DNA of 64,000 nucleotides from Emiliania huxleyi CCMP1516. Its lineage: Eukaryota. Positions 34,659 to 46,991 of the stretch are shown here, piece by piece (position 1 is the stretch's first letter; each line of letters opens with the position of its first letter). A model generated the notes under the pieces. That model was not told the origin of the DNA. It searched no databases and worked only from the letters and a program-made list of their open reading frames with translations. The position numbers were made by a program, and so were the translations under genes. The stretch spans positions 112,736-176,735 of the forward strand of contig NW_005201391.1 of the NCBI RefSeq assembly GCF_000372725.1. The letters run 5' to 3'.

Positions 34659-36299
34659 ACACGAAGTCGCCCATGCACCTCCGGCCCGCCCGTCTGGCAG
34701 GGCAGCCGCCTTCCGTTCCCCTCGGAAGGGGCGGGAAGTACTCGCAGAATGTGGGTAAACGAAAGTAGCGTATACGCTACTATGAAAAAAGAAGCCGAAA
34801 ACTCACGCTGGGGTCAGTCCGCCCGAGCCAGCCAGCTGCCGGCTCGTACGGCAGCCTCTTCCTCTCGACCAGCCTCAACTTCCGTACAGTCAGCATTTTG
34901 TCGCTGCGTGCTCGTGGCGAGCTGTGGCGGCGGTCGAAGTTCGCCCAGATTCGGTGACGAGCGCCAGACGATAGTAGTGTCTCTGTTCGCCCTGTGCATG
35001 TCAGGCCAGGCTGCAGCAGGGCACTACCATCGTGCTGCCCTGTTGCAGCCTGACCCTGCCCACTGTGCACAGTCGCCAGAGCACCACCACCGCCCGGCAT
35101 CGTGTCACGGCGAGCTCCTTCTGCGCCCGCTCGCGAGGCTCTCGCGCTGGCACACTTTGGCCATCTGCTGCTCGCGTTCGGCGAGCTCATCTCCGCACTC
35201 CTGCCACGGTGCCGTCACCACACACCTTCTGGCTGGCCTGAGCCGCGCGGGGTCGCCAGCGGGGGCAACGCGTCGACCTCTCTCTCTGGTGCACCACGGG
35301 CCGCAACGGCCTGCTAGCCGCGTGCGCGAGGAGGCAGTGTGCCGGCACAGTCGAGCCGGAGCATCGGGTTCTGGATGCTTGTGGGGTCAAGTCTGACCTT
35401 ATGCGGCCTAATATGCAATAATAATGCTATGCTCTCACCCAGTCTTTTGAGATATTATCCCTCAAAGTCGAATTTTCGTTTACTGGTGACCATAGTAGTG
35501 TCTGTCCTGTTTGCGAGATCTTCAAACGAAACACTTTAAGTCTCGACAATCACTAAGCTGCTTATGTGGCACCGCAGAGGCTCCCTTGGGGATGCCTGAG
35601 GCCACCCCAACCACACACTAAGCCGTACGTAGACGAATTGGGCGCTACTTTTTTCGTTTACCCACATTATGCGAGTATAAAGCCTGTTCACCTACAGTGT
35701 GGGCACACCGTGCGCCCGACGGGGACATCCAAGCGCAGGCCCCGCACGCGGCCCTGCTGCCCTCCCGTCGGCTGAAATCGACCAGGCCCATCGCCGTGGA
35801 CCCACCGGCGACTGCGGCGGCCCTAGCACCGGCCGATTGTTTGAGCGATGGCCTGTGCTGCGGCCATCTCGGACGTTTAAGCGGCGCCAGCCAGCGGCTC
35901 GGCCGCGCATCCTTCACACACGCCGCCACGACCGGGACGAGCGGCCCCGGTGTCGAGCCATGGTGTGAGCTGCATGTGCGCGGCGGCCGTGGCGACAGCA
36001 GGTCCACCAGACGGACCTCAAAGCTTGCCGTCGGCGTGCTGTCGTGGCGAGAGCGCGAGACAGCTGCAGAGGAGCCGAGTGCAGTGGCGAGCCAGAAGCT
36101 ACCTGGGTCACCAAGTGGTAGCCCTTGCCCATTCTGACCAGGGCTGTGCTTTGGTGGGGTTGTGCTTGAGCGTGTGTGAAGTGGGAGTGCGTGCCGGCGG
36201 TGTCTGTGGGTGAAACGGGCGTGTGTGAGGCCGTAAGAGCCGTGGTATGAGCCAGAGTGGGCTTCATCACCCAAGATAAGGGCGGTTTGGGACAGCTCA

Positions 36300-37352
36300 G
36301 ACTTGATACTGATGGGCCTGGGCCAGGAGAGCGACAGAGAAGGCGAGGTGGTGAGCTGGGAAGCCGCTTCGTCGGCACCTGGACGTGTCGTGATGAACTG
36401 CCGAAAAGTACTATTTGCGGCTATTGCTCAAAACTTCGGGAGAGAAGGCCTACATATTATGACTGCACCCATGCGCCCGGTGCATGAGAGCTGCGGGGCG
36501 GGACATATCACGGTCGGTGGCGCCGATAATGACCTCCGGAATGCCCTCGCAACCGCCTCAGATGGGGCCCTGGTCCTCGCAAGCGGCGATGGCGAGTGTG
36601 TCGAGCGCGTCGGATACCGGGTCGTACGAATTCCACCCGAGCGCTCGGTCTTCAAAGCTGCCGCAGCCTGCGTACGTGAAGCCCGCTACGCACACGGGCG
36701 CCACGATTGTCGGCTTGAGCCGGAAGCTGCCCCACGACGCCTCGTCGAAAAAGGTATTGGCAAACTCGACGGCCGCCTGCAAGTAGTTGATGATGCCACC
36801 ATACGTATCGACGAGGCCGCCTGCAAAGACCGCTGCCCCGTCGTCGCCGCACTGGTCCTCCGGCACGGCGGGGATGATTAGGATCTCCTTCTCGCCCAGC
36901 GTGTAGTCGCCCGCCCCACGCGTGCCTCTGGCCCGTTGCCCGTTGGAGATCGCGCCGTGGGAAAGCATCACAAAGTTTCCGTCGAGAGTGAACCCGGTCA
37001 CCTTGATCGCACTGGTGGTCAGAAGCGCCCACTCGTCCGAGGCATGAATGGGCATCACCTCCGGGTCACCTCCCGGATCGCGCAGCCGCAGGTGAGGACC
37101 TACCCACGGGCCGTCCGCGAGGACCAGCATGTCTGCCAGCCCCTGGTAGGGACTATCCGCGAGACATGCTGCTGGAAGGCTGCTTGGCGACGAATGGTCG
37201 AGCGAGGTGCTCATGTCATAAGCCTCACCGAAGCGGCGTGCGGCGACGTGCTCCCGCAACGTCTTCAACCGACTTTCGCACCATGTCGTGCTGGCCGGCT
37301 GGGTCACAGCAAAGCAGCAGGCTGTGGCCAGAAATAGCACTCGGGGGTGCAT
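36300..37352 (-). CDS. Hypothetical secreted protein, multi-exon, 3' end unresolved
   Basis: Signal-like MHPRVLFLATACCFA followed by a ~260-aa complex ORF. No family recognised. Confidence 0.45.
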
Positions 37353-37562
37353 AGTTGCACTTCCCCGATACGCCGACGACAGGCCCTCGTCCTCCACGGG
37401 CGACGGCCGTCCTGCACAGCTTATTCGGGCGCGCGCATATCCGTCCTATTGCAATATTAAGATGGAACGTTGTGCAATTTTCTTTTTTTGCAAAAGAAAA
37501 AACGCTTGGATGCAACCGCCAACAGTAGTCCGACAATGCACTTTGTCCGCGCCGCGCCGATG

Positions 37563-37632
37563 AATAAATAAATAAAAACGGAACCCTCTCTACTGAGATC
37601 TGAGTACTGTCAGTCCGTACTGTGAGATGGGC
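37563..37632 (-). mobile_element. Degenerate LINE 3'-end with (TTTA)n tail
   Basis: AAATAAATAAAAACGGA..CCTCTCTACTG...CTGTGAGATGGG, similar to 13400-13440. Confidence 0.6.
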
Positions 37633-37834
37633 GTTTAACCGATCTTTCTTTTTTCAAGTTTAATTCATTTTGGGCTTCTCAGAAACACCCGTTCGCATCG
37701 GCTTATTATCAATGAGAATGCGTGCGTGTGCCGCGCACGCGTGGGTGTAGGGGCGCTTATCGCGCTGTGGAAGCACACAGACGCCCAACCAATGCGCGAG
37801 ACTCTGTACATCGCGTGTATAGCGCGTCGCCTCG

Positions 37835-37958
<124 letters not shown>

Positions 37959-38051
37959 TAGGGAGCAGGGAGGGGCTGAGCGCCGCCCGGTACATGCAGT
38001 CATGGCGTCCTCATGGGTGGGGGTGGGTGGGGGTGGGGGGGGCTGCTCCTC

Positions 38052-39720
38052 CTACTTGGAGCCGCGCACAAAGGAGAGGTATGCCGTCCACACGAAAGAG
38101 ACCACGTGCCTGCGGCAAAGACACGAGCGGCCGAGGGGCCGAGTGAGTGATATGCGGCGGCCTGCCGTCTGTGGGTACGGGGGCGGCGAGTGCGGTGTGC
38201 GGCGCCCGGGTGGGCTCCGGCTCGAGGGCTAGGGGTGTGTGGACTGCCCACCCAGGACTGCATCTAGGACTGCATCTAGGACTGCATCTAGCACGCCCGA
38301 GCCTCACCGGCAGCCGCAGCCACATCGGCACCTATTCACACACAACAGAGGCGATGAGAGAGGAGGGCGGGAGTCCTCCGCCGCACGCCGCCGGGGCATG
38401 CCGCGGCCGAGCGGGGCGAGGAAGAGGAGAATGCGAGACCCGGCTCCTCATGGCCCATCTCCGCTCCATCTCGGCTCATCTCCGCTCCATCTCGGCTCAT
38501 CTCCGCTCCATCTCGGCTAGAGATGCGGCGCCGAGAAGCAGACGAGGTCGGCCGGGCCCCACACCATCACCACGTCCGACACGTCCTTCCTCAGGTTGGC
38601 CGAGTACCTAAATTCCTCTCGTCACCTCTCGTCACCTCTCGGCTCCTCTCGCCTCCTCTCGCCTCCTCTCGGCTCCTCTCGGCTGCTCTTGGCTCCTCTC
38701 ATCTCCTCTCTGCTCCTCACTGCCCCTCTCCGCTCCTCTCCGCTCCTCTCAGCTCCTCTCACCCGCGCAGCCCGTCCGAGAGCCAGAGAGGCGGGTCGAG
38801 CTGGCCGGAAAAGACGCCCGCCTGGCGAAGGGACGGCCGATCTCGTCCGATCTCGTTCCGGTCTGGGGCGATCTGGCTATCTCGGTCGCTGCGCCTTGAA
38901 GACGTAAAACGTCGGCAGGTAGACGCAGCTGAGCACCTGGGAGGAGGAGGAGGCGGCGGGCGGGGCGGTGGGGAATGGGACTGAGGCTGTGCAACCGTCG
39001 AGACACGAGCAATAGACCGATGTGACGTGTTGTCTGCGTCTAGTTTCGGGTCACCGAGAGGTCGATGGCGGTCTGGCCGGCGAGGCCGAGCAAGCCGGGC
39101 CGGTCGGTCAGCTTGGCCACCTGAGGGCGGCGGCGGAGGAGCAGGTGGAGGGTGAGTGCGTTCGGCGGCGGCGGAGGAGGAGGACGGTGAGTGCCGGAGC
39201 ACGAGGAGGCCGCGACAGGGAGAGCGCACCAGGGAGAGGTTGCAAAAGCGCTCGGCGTTGGAGAAGAGGCGCTTGAAGATGTTGACCTGGCGAGGGCAGG
39301 GACGGCCGCGCCGGGCGTCGGACCGGGCTCGCGCTGCGCCGCCTCGCCGGCGCACGCCTCGCGCACCTGGTACCAGTACTGAAAGGCGCCGAGATATACG
39401 GCGCCAAAGAGGCAAAACACCATGTTCCTTCTCCAGTCGACCTCGGAGAGGGGCTTCCGCTCGATGGCGCACTGGGCCACCAGGTCCGCCGCCGACGTCT
39501 TGCAGGTCGCGATCAGCACGTTGTTGGCGAAGGGGTACGCCTTGGCAAAGCCGACATAGCTGAAGCCGGCGGCCGGCGGCGTCGGCGTCGGCGCGGCAAT
39601 CGGCGTGGCGGGCTTGGCGGCCGTGGAAAGAAGGCGGCCCGGGCGAGGACGGCAGCAGGCGAGGCTGCTGTGGCTGCTGCGAGCGCGCGAGAGCAGGCGG
39701 GTCGGTCGGCAGGACAGCAT
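38052..39720 (-). CDS. Mpv17/PMP22 family membrane protein, multi-exon
   Basis: YPFANNVLIATCKTSAADLVAQ, DWRRNMVFCLFG..YLG, last exon VSFVWTAYLS followed by TAG. Introns are repeat-filled. Confidence 0.85.
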
Positions 39721-40030
39721 CCAGCAAAATTTTCTACTCCGCCCCCCTACTCAGTAAAAAGAATTTCCTGGCGGTATCTTAGAATCCCACATCGAGTCCC
39801 AAATCGAGTCCCAAAGGTACGAATGTCACCACACTCTGCTGTCTCGGGCCGTCGCGACCCGCGCGCGCTCGCAGTCTCGCACTCTCTCTCGCTGCTCGCG
39901 GCTCGCTCTGAGCTGCTCAATCTCGTGCGCGTGCGGTCGTCTCCGACGCTGGGCTCTAGCACCCCTCGGACCACCCGGGTGCTTCTGCCACGGGGGCGAG
40001 GGGTAGGAGACTGTGCCGGCATCGGCGCAC

Positions 40031-42788
40031 TCACGACACGGCTCGATAGCCGCGCTGCAGCTGCCGCAGCATCAACCCTTTCGCCTTCCCCAAGCCCACC
40101 GCGTGCCGGTCGCCAGTCCAAATGTCGCCGAACATCGTGAACTTGCCCGGCGAGAATCTGTAGTGCGCCGGCAGCGAGGGCGGCGTCACGACCACCGCGC
40201 CCGGCGCCGGCGCCGGCGCCGTGGCCGCCACCGTGGCCGCCACCGCCGCCGTGACCGCCACCTCCGCCGCCTCCGCCGCCTCGATCTCCTCCGCGTCCAT
40301 CTCCTCCTGCAGCAGCAGCGCCTCCTCCTCCTCCTTGCACGGCTCCTGCTCCCCCACCGAGATGCGGCCGTTGCGCGTGATGAGCTTGCCGTCGCGCGTG
40401 AGCATCACCTACACCAAAAAAGGGGGGGGATGCGTGACGGCCCCGTCGCGTGGGGGGCGAGCGCGTCGTCGCGGCACCTCGATGTAGCACGACGAGATCA
40501 CACCCGCGCGACGGTTCTTGTGCACGTCCCCCTCGGCGGAGCGGCAGACAGCGAGCGCACAGTAGGCGAGGCCGCCCTCGATCGACGCGAGCATCTCCTC
40601 GAGCGCGACCGTGTGGCGGCAGCGCTCGAGTCGAGCCGCCTCGCGCATGTCGGCGCGCAGCTTGGCCGCCAGCTCGGGCTGCTCAGCCTCCACGGCGGCG
40701 CGCACCGCCTCGCCCTCGCGGACCTTCTGGGTGAGCGGGCGCAGCATGCTGCTCGACGAGAGCGGCGGCACAGCGCGGACGAGCGAGAGCTGGTCGAGTG
40801 GCTGGCGGCTCACTGCGAGGCGGACAACGGCGCGCCCCGTGTACCGCGTGCCGTCCAGGCAGCCGAACTTTTGGTTGCCCAGTAGATGCCGCCAGACGGT
40901 GCAGTCCACGCCGTTGAAGGTGTCCATCTGCAGCAGCCGCGTCACGTGGCCCTCCTCGAGGTTGGCCTGCAGGGGACAAGCGGGTGATACGAATTTGAGG
41001 CGGGAGAGCAGAGGCGGCGCGCCGGCGCGCCTCGAAGGCGGTCTCGAACTCGCCGAGCGGGACGTCCATGAAGAGTTTGGACATCTGCTGCCGGTCCACG
41101 TTGAGGCCGCTGGGAGCGACCCACGTCGGGTTCTGCTGCGCCACCATCCAGCGCTGGCTCTCGTCGTTTGAGAAACCGTCGGGCGGCGTGCCGATCATCT
41201 CGACGACCTGGCGGCCGTTGATGACGAGCGGCGGGTCGAACGGTCGCTCCGTCGGCCGCGCGCGGGGCTTCCCCGCCACGTACACGTACACCGCGCGCCT
41301 ATTGCACCAGAAAAAGATTGACGTGCCCTTCCCTCGCGGTACACGGGCCGAGGAGGGGGAGCCGCGCCCGAGCTCGAGGAAGTGGCGGGCGACGTCAAAG
41401 TTCTGCGACTGGCGCGCCTCGACGCGCGCGCACAGCTCAACGACCTGGGCGGGGAAGCAAGGGCTTACCAGGACAAGCGTGGGGGGGGACAAGCGCGGCG
41501 CGGGGCGCACACGTCGATGCTCTCGCCGCGCGCGGCCAGGTTCGCGACGTCTCGCTCGACCAAAAACGCCGAGAGCGCGGCCGAGCGCCGCCGGGCGTAG
41601 TCGATCTGCTCTTGGCTCGCCTCCACCGCCAGCTGGCCCAGTTCTCGCGCCGCCGCGACCTTGTGTGCGGAGAAGAAGACGTGCGGCATCACCTTGTAGG
41701 CCTGGCCCGCCGCCTCCGCCGCCGCGATCGACCGTTCTCTCGAGAGCTGCCGCGGCATCACCTTGAAGGCCTGGCCCTCCGCCTCCGCCGCCGCGATCGA
41801 CCCTTCTCTCGAGAGCTTGTGCGGCATCACCTTGTAGGCCTGGCCCGCCGCCTCCGCCGCCGCGATCGAGGCTTCTCTCGAGAGGTGCCGCAGTCTCACC
41901 TTGAAGGCCTCGCCCGCCGCCTCCGCCGCCGCGATCGAGGCTTCACTCGAGAGCTGCCGCGGCCCGGGTGTGGCCGAGACGCGAACGCTGGGCCGCCCAG
42001 CGCCGCCTGTCGGCCCCTCCATCGGCGCCGCCTCCCACTCGGCGAGGCGCTGCTGCCTGCGAGAGCAGAGGCAGGGGGTGAGCACAGAGAGGGTGGGAGG
42101 GTGTCTCGATCCGCGTCCCCCGAAAGAGTCTCCACTCAGTCGGTTACCCCGCCCCATCGTGCCAGGGGGCGGCGGCGGGACGCGTGGGATCGCCCCCGCG
42201 ACAGAGTGTGCTAACCCTTCGCCCTGGCTTGCCGCTGCCCCGGCGGCGGTCCTCTCCGATGCGGCATGCACGCTCATGGCGAAGCAGAGGCTCGCGGTGG
42301 ATACAAACGGATTGCGCGCCGCCAGGGCCCCCGTTAGGCGTGCATACGCTTCGGGCGAGGGGAGCGGTGCAGGGATTGCGACACCGGCAGCGGAGAGCGT
42401 CGCCTCGACGTCGTCGGCCAGCGAGAGCCCAGCGCCCTGCAGCGCGCTGAAGACATCGACCATCAGCCCGCGGTCGTTGAGCCAGCGCCTGATTTGCTTA
42501 GGGTACAGCGTGCGGCCGGCCGTCGAGAACTTGTCGCACGTCGGCATGATCCGTCTGCTCTTGTGCAGCTGCAGGGCGTGCGCTATGACCAGCCGCTTGA
42601 AGGCCTCGGAGTAGTCTGCCGTCGCGCTGCGAGACCGCGATCCCTGCGGCGCCGCCAGCGGCGGAGGGTGAGCCGGAGGAGGGCGAGGCGGAGGAGGGCG
42701 AGGCGGGGGGCGAGGCGGAGGGGGGCGAGGTGTTGCGGAGTCAGCCGGAGCCTCCGCCGCTGCCGCGCCCTTCCGAGCCCGCTTCCTC

Positions 42789-42839
<51 letters not shown>

Positions 42840-42934
42840 ACGCAGGGGAGGTGCGCCACATCCTTGTCCTCGGATTGCAGAGAGTTCAGAAAGTCGCACG
42901 CCTTCTGGGCGGCCTCGCGCTTCGGCCGCGGCAT
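40031..42934 (-). CDS. Multi-exon hypothetical protein with N-terminal Brinker/pogo-type HTH and 20-aa tandem repeats
   Basis: YSEAFKRLVIAHA...PKQIRRWL resembles BrkDBD. SREASIAAAEAAGQAYKVMP repeats. Downstream ORFs are linked by plausible introns. Confidence 0.55.
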
Positions 42935-43163
42935 GAAGACTTGTTGCGCTCTCCTTTGCAGCGGGCAGTAAAAGAATTTTACGCTGCACGAAGGGCACAG
43001 GACTGGGCACGGGACTGGCGCAAGAATAAACAGTAGGGACTCCTGCCGCCGAGGAGGCCGGCGCGTGGCAGTGCCAGCTCAAGTACTCGTGGGACGAGCC
43101 GCGGGACGACTGCTACATCAACATCTGCGACGCCGGCAATTAGGGCCCCGCCGGGCCAGCCTC

Positions 43164-43388
43164 GCGAGGAAATGAGCAGCCGGAATTTCTTTTTCGTTCC
43201 GCCTTGCTCCGGTTGGTGACACACTCACACACACTCCGGTTGGATAACGCGCCGAGGCCCTCAGCGGAGCTGGGAATAGGACCGCCGCAAGCGGCGTGGC
43301 GTGGAGCGGTTGAGCCCCCCTCCGGGGGCCCCTGCTGCGCCGGAGGAGCGTTGTTTGTAAAAGGCAACCCTTTTCCCTGGCTCACAAC
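43164..43388. repeat. ~200-bp dispersed direct repeat, copy 1
   Basis: Near-identical to 45464-45657 apart from a ~29-nt insert. Confidence 0.9.
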
Positions 43389-43729
43389 GTCACAAGCTAA
43401 AGATGTTCACGGGCCCCCAGGGCCCCAGGGGAGCACCGGGTAATCTTTAGCTGTGTTTAGGCAGGGGTTGTATAATATTACTTTGGGTGGTCAAGCAAAA
43501 AACTGTCAGCAGTCCTCCTCCGGGAATGTACGTAAGAGCCACATACATTGAAAAAAACACCCCACAGGTGGTGCCCACAGGGTGTCCCGCAGTGGGTCCG
43601 CACGAGCGGTCCACCACGAGCCCGACGGGGACTGTGCCGACTATTGGCTGCTGCCCGGCTTCCCGCCAAACGTTGTATATGCACTTCGCCTTTCTCTCGC
43701 TCGCTCTCGCGCCGCCCACCGCTCCGGCC

Positions 43730-45475
43730 ATGTACCGCAAGGGCCTTCGCTTTGGCAGCCGGCCTGTCTTTCGCGAGCTCATATGCGGACAAGGGCTTGT
43801 CGAGTCGTCCGGCTCGTCGGTAATGTGTCAGTACGCTCAAGGAGAGCACGTACACTTCTCGGGGAGGCTAGTTTCAGCGCAGCCCGCGGAGGCCAACGGG
43901 CCGCTCAGCCCTATGCACGGCGGCATCGCCATCGTCCGGCGTGGAAGTTGCTCGCTCGAGGAGAAGATGCGCAACTGCGTCGCCGCGGGGGCGTCTGGTG
44001 TCGTGCTCGTCAACACCGAGGACTCGCGCTTCCTTGCGGCGCCGGGAGAAGGCGTCCCGTTTGTGTGCGTCTCCTCCAGCGATGGCGCGAGCCTCAGGCC
44101 GGGAGCCAGCGCGTCCATTTCGCCGCTGCCTCTCGCACACGGCACGCCTCTCTTCCCGCTCACGCAGCCCCTGCTGCCGGGAGCCAGCAGTCCGCTGCAG
44201 ATCAGCCAAGCGGAGCAGGAATCGCTGCTGGCGCACACCGGCCAGCCCGGCCCATCTGTCGAAGTCGCCACGGTCCTGTGCGATGAGGGCTGCAGGCTGG
44301 CCGAGGTGGGCACGGCTGCAACGCTCGACCTGTCAGGCCTCACCGGCGGCGGCGTCGCAACCCTGCGCGGGGTGCGGCCGTGCTACGTACGCAGCTTGCT
44401 CAGGGAGGGCACACCCGACGAGGTCGCAATCGCCCTAACGGCGGAGGTCGACCCCGCCGGCGCCGACGATCTCGGCGCCTCGCTCGACGCGCTCTGCGAC
44501 GCGCTCGAGGTTGGTCGCGAGGAGGACGCGCCGCTCCTTCGGCGGCGAGCCGAGGACGGCGTGCCACTGAGCGTGGCTCGCGACCCGGAGGGGCTATCCT
44601 TCGCACTCTGCGACCTCATCGCCCTGTCGGCGCTGCAGGCGCAGGCCGCCCTCGAGCTCTCATCGCCGGAGCGGCTCGCTGCGCTCTCCGCCCAGCTCGC
44701 GCGCAACCCGACGCGCGGGCGCGAGCTGCTGCAGCAGGCGGCCAAGGCGGGGAATGTGCGCCTGCCACCGTCGTCGTCGCCGCCGCCGTCGCTGCCGCGT
44801 TCGCAACGGCGCTCACAGCCGTCCATGAGTGCCGCCGCTGGCGTGAGCCTCCCCCCAGATGTGTGCGAGCTGCTCGGGGTAGCTGGCCGACAGGCCTCGC
44901 TCTCCGAGTGCTTTACGAGTCGCCCACAGCGGTGTGGCCGGCTCAGAGACGCGGACGATCCTGTAGGCGGCCCTCTTCTGCGTCGGCAGCCCGTTGCCGG
45001 CAGTCGACGAGGCCACTTTGGCGGGTTTCGACGCGTTGGACGTCGATCTGGTCGCCGTGTGCCCTTCCCGACAGGCCGAGGGCGGGAGCGTCCGAGTGGT
45101 CAAAGCACCGCCCTCGTCTGCGGTCGGTGTGCGTGTCGCGGCGGCACTCGGTGTCGACTTGTACGCCGCGGCGGTGCTGACTTCCCTGCTTGTCGACGAG
45201 TCGGGCTTGGTGCGCGCTCGGTGCAGCCTCGGGGACCGATCGCAGCACCCTCGCGCGCTGCTGGCCGAGTGCGAGAGGCTGTCCGAGGACCCGACATACG
45301 TGCAGCAGGAGACGCTGCAGGAGGCGCCCGAGCCGCCACCAGCGCCCACTGGTTTGGCCAGTGCGCAGCTTGCGACGCCGATCAGCGGACTGAAGTGGAA
45401 CTCAGCGGAAAAGATGTTCCCGGTATTCTTTTCCGACAGCAAGCCCGTGCGGGGCGACAGCAGGCGAGGATATGA
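43730..45475 (+). CDS. PA-domain + LON N-terminal (PUA-like) domain protein; 3' part changes frame (intron or frameshift ~44880-44965)
   Basis: GGIAIVRRGSCSLEEKMRNCVAAGASGVVLVN (PA); PLFPLTQPLLPG...VGT...LRGVR (LON-N like). Confidence 0.65.
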   Translation: MYRKGLRFGSRPVFRELICGQGLVESSGSSVMCQYAQGEHVHFSGRLVSAQPAEANGPLSPMHGGIAIVRRGSCSLEEKMRNCVAAGASGVVLVNTEDSRFLAAPGEGVPFVCVSSSDGASLRPGASASISPLPLAHGTPLFPLTQPLLPGASSPLQISQAEQESLLAHTGQPGPSVEVATVLCDEGCRLAEVGTAATLDLSGLTGGGVATLRGVRPCYVRSLLREGTPDEVAIALTAEVDPAGADDLGASLDALCDALEVGREEDAPLLRRRAEDGVPLSVARDPEGLSFALCDLIALSALQAQAALELSSPERLAALSAQLARNPTRGRELLQQAAKAGNVRLPPSSSPPPSLPRSQRRSQPSMSAAAGVSLPPDVCELLGVAGRQASLSECFTSRPQRCGRLRDADDPVGGPLLRRQPVAGSRRGHFGGFRRVGRRSGRRVPFPTGRGRERPSGQSTALVCGRCACRGGTRCRLVRRGGADFPACRRVGLGARSVQPRGPIAAPSRAAGRVREAVRGPDIRAAGDAAGGARAATSAHWFGQCAACDADQRTEVELSGKDVPGILFRQQARAGRQQARI

Positions 45476-45657
45476 GAGGCGCGAATTTCTTTTTCGTTCC
45501 GCCTTGCTCCGGATAACGCGCCGAGGGCCCTCAGCGGAGCTGGGAATAGGACCGCCGCAAGCGGCGTGGCGTGGAGCGCTTGAGCCCCCCTCCGGGGACC
45601 CCTGCTGCGCCGGAGGAGCGTTGTTTGTAAAAGGCAACCCTTTTCCTGGCTCACAAG
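45464..45657. repeat. ~200-bp dispersed direct repeat, copy 2
   Basis: Near-identical to 43164-43388. Confidence 0.9.
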
Positions 45658-46900
45658 CCTACTCTGTACGGTCTCGGGAACCGTACCCGTACTACTCAAA
45701 AGTACAATATACTTTCTCACAGCACTAGCGAGATTTCGCGCGGAGGGCGTAGTGAAGCGCTGGGGCGCTCACTGTGTGTTATTCGGGTGGGGATCCATCA
45801 GTGGTAACCGGCTTTAGTCACAGATCCAAGCTCAGACGCCACACCAACACCACAAACACGCTCACTTCGCCGCTGCTGTAGATGGGCCCCCGGGGGCCCA
45901 TACTACGTCGAAGTACGGACCCGATCTCGGCACTCACGGGCTGTCACGCGCCCGCGCGCGGCGCGGGCCGCACCGCCCATGCCCCCGGGTCACCGACCCC
46001 GCCTCTCGGCCCTCTCGGCCCTCAGGAGCGTGCGGGAGACCGGCGAGGGGCGCGCCGCGCGCCGCCTGCAGAGCCGCCAGAGGCATTGTCGCCTCCGCTG
46101 GCGGGGTTCCCGCGCGCGCCCGCCCGCGCCCGGACCCGCGCCCGCTGCGCCCGCGGGCTCCGGATGCGCCGCCCTCCGTCTCCTTCTTCTCGATGGCAGT
46201 CCGCACGTGCTTGTCGACGGGTCGGCGGCGTGGTCGAGGGGAAGGTCGCCGGCGGCCGCAACTCCGCCGCCGTCGCTCCGCCGGCTCTGATCGAGTATCG
46301 GGCGTTGAGGGCGGCGGCGCAAGCGGATCTGGCGCATCCATCGCCACGAGCCTCGCGACCGCGGTCGTGGCACACCTGGCGGCGGCTCTCGGGGCCGTCT
46401 CTACGGCGCTCGACGCCGTGTGAGGTCGCCGGCGGCCGCAACTCTGCCGCCGTCGCTCCGCCGGCTCAACCGAGTATCGGGCGTTGAGGGCGGCGGCGCA
46501 AAGTGGGTCTGGTGCGCCACACGGCCACCACCCTTGCCACCGCCCTTGCCGCCGCCCTTGCCACCCTTTGCCGCCTTGCCTACGCCGCGGGCGGCGGTGA
46601 GAGCGGCCTGCTGGGCTAGCATGTTGTCCTTGCTGGGGACGGGCACGTGGAACGCACGTTATATGTTCGAACGGCCTCCAGGGTAGGCAGCTTGCTCCAG
46701 CGCGGCGTGTCGGTCACGGTAGTGTGGACCAGCCTCGCCCTGCCGAGCCGGATCGTCACACGGCCGTTGCCCCCCAGCGTCCACGCACCGGGCTCCGACG
46801 CGGGAAGCATGCATGGACGTTTTTGCGTTACGCCCGTTCCCGTGATAAAGTCGAATAAAAGTAAGTCAAATGATTTGGAGCCGGGGCACGGAGGCCGGGC

Positions 46901-46979
46901 AAAATCCTGCAAAGGTGGGGACGTGTCTGTCCTCGACCCAGCCCTAGCTTGGGATGTCCGTTGTATTTATTTATTTATT
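46901..46979 (+). mobile_element. Short LINE/SINE 3' end with (TTTA)n tail
   Basis: Ends GTCCGTTGTATTTATTTATTTA. Flanked by ACGGAGGCCGGG at 46888 and 46980. Confidence 0.8.
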
Positions 46980-46991
46980 ACGGAGGCCGGG

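Noticed and set aside
41690..41960. Regular 60-bp repeats as a possible CRISPR array
   Set aside because: The units are contiguous in-frame coding repeats with no unique spacers, there are no cas genes, and the context is eukaryotic.
43357..43366. Reverse complement GCCTTTTAC equals the U5 snRNA invariant loop (also in copy 2, ~45626-45635)
   Set aside because: The flanks do not form the U5 stem and no Sm site follows, so it is probably chance.
46243..46501. Two ~80-bp direct repeats (46243-46322, 46423-46501)
   Set aside because: A local duplication with no ends, TSD or coding signature that I can interpret.
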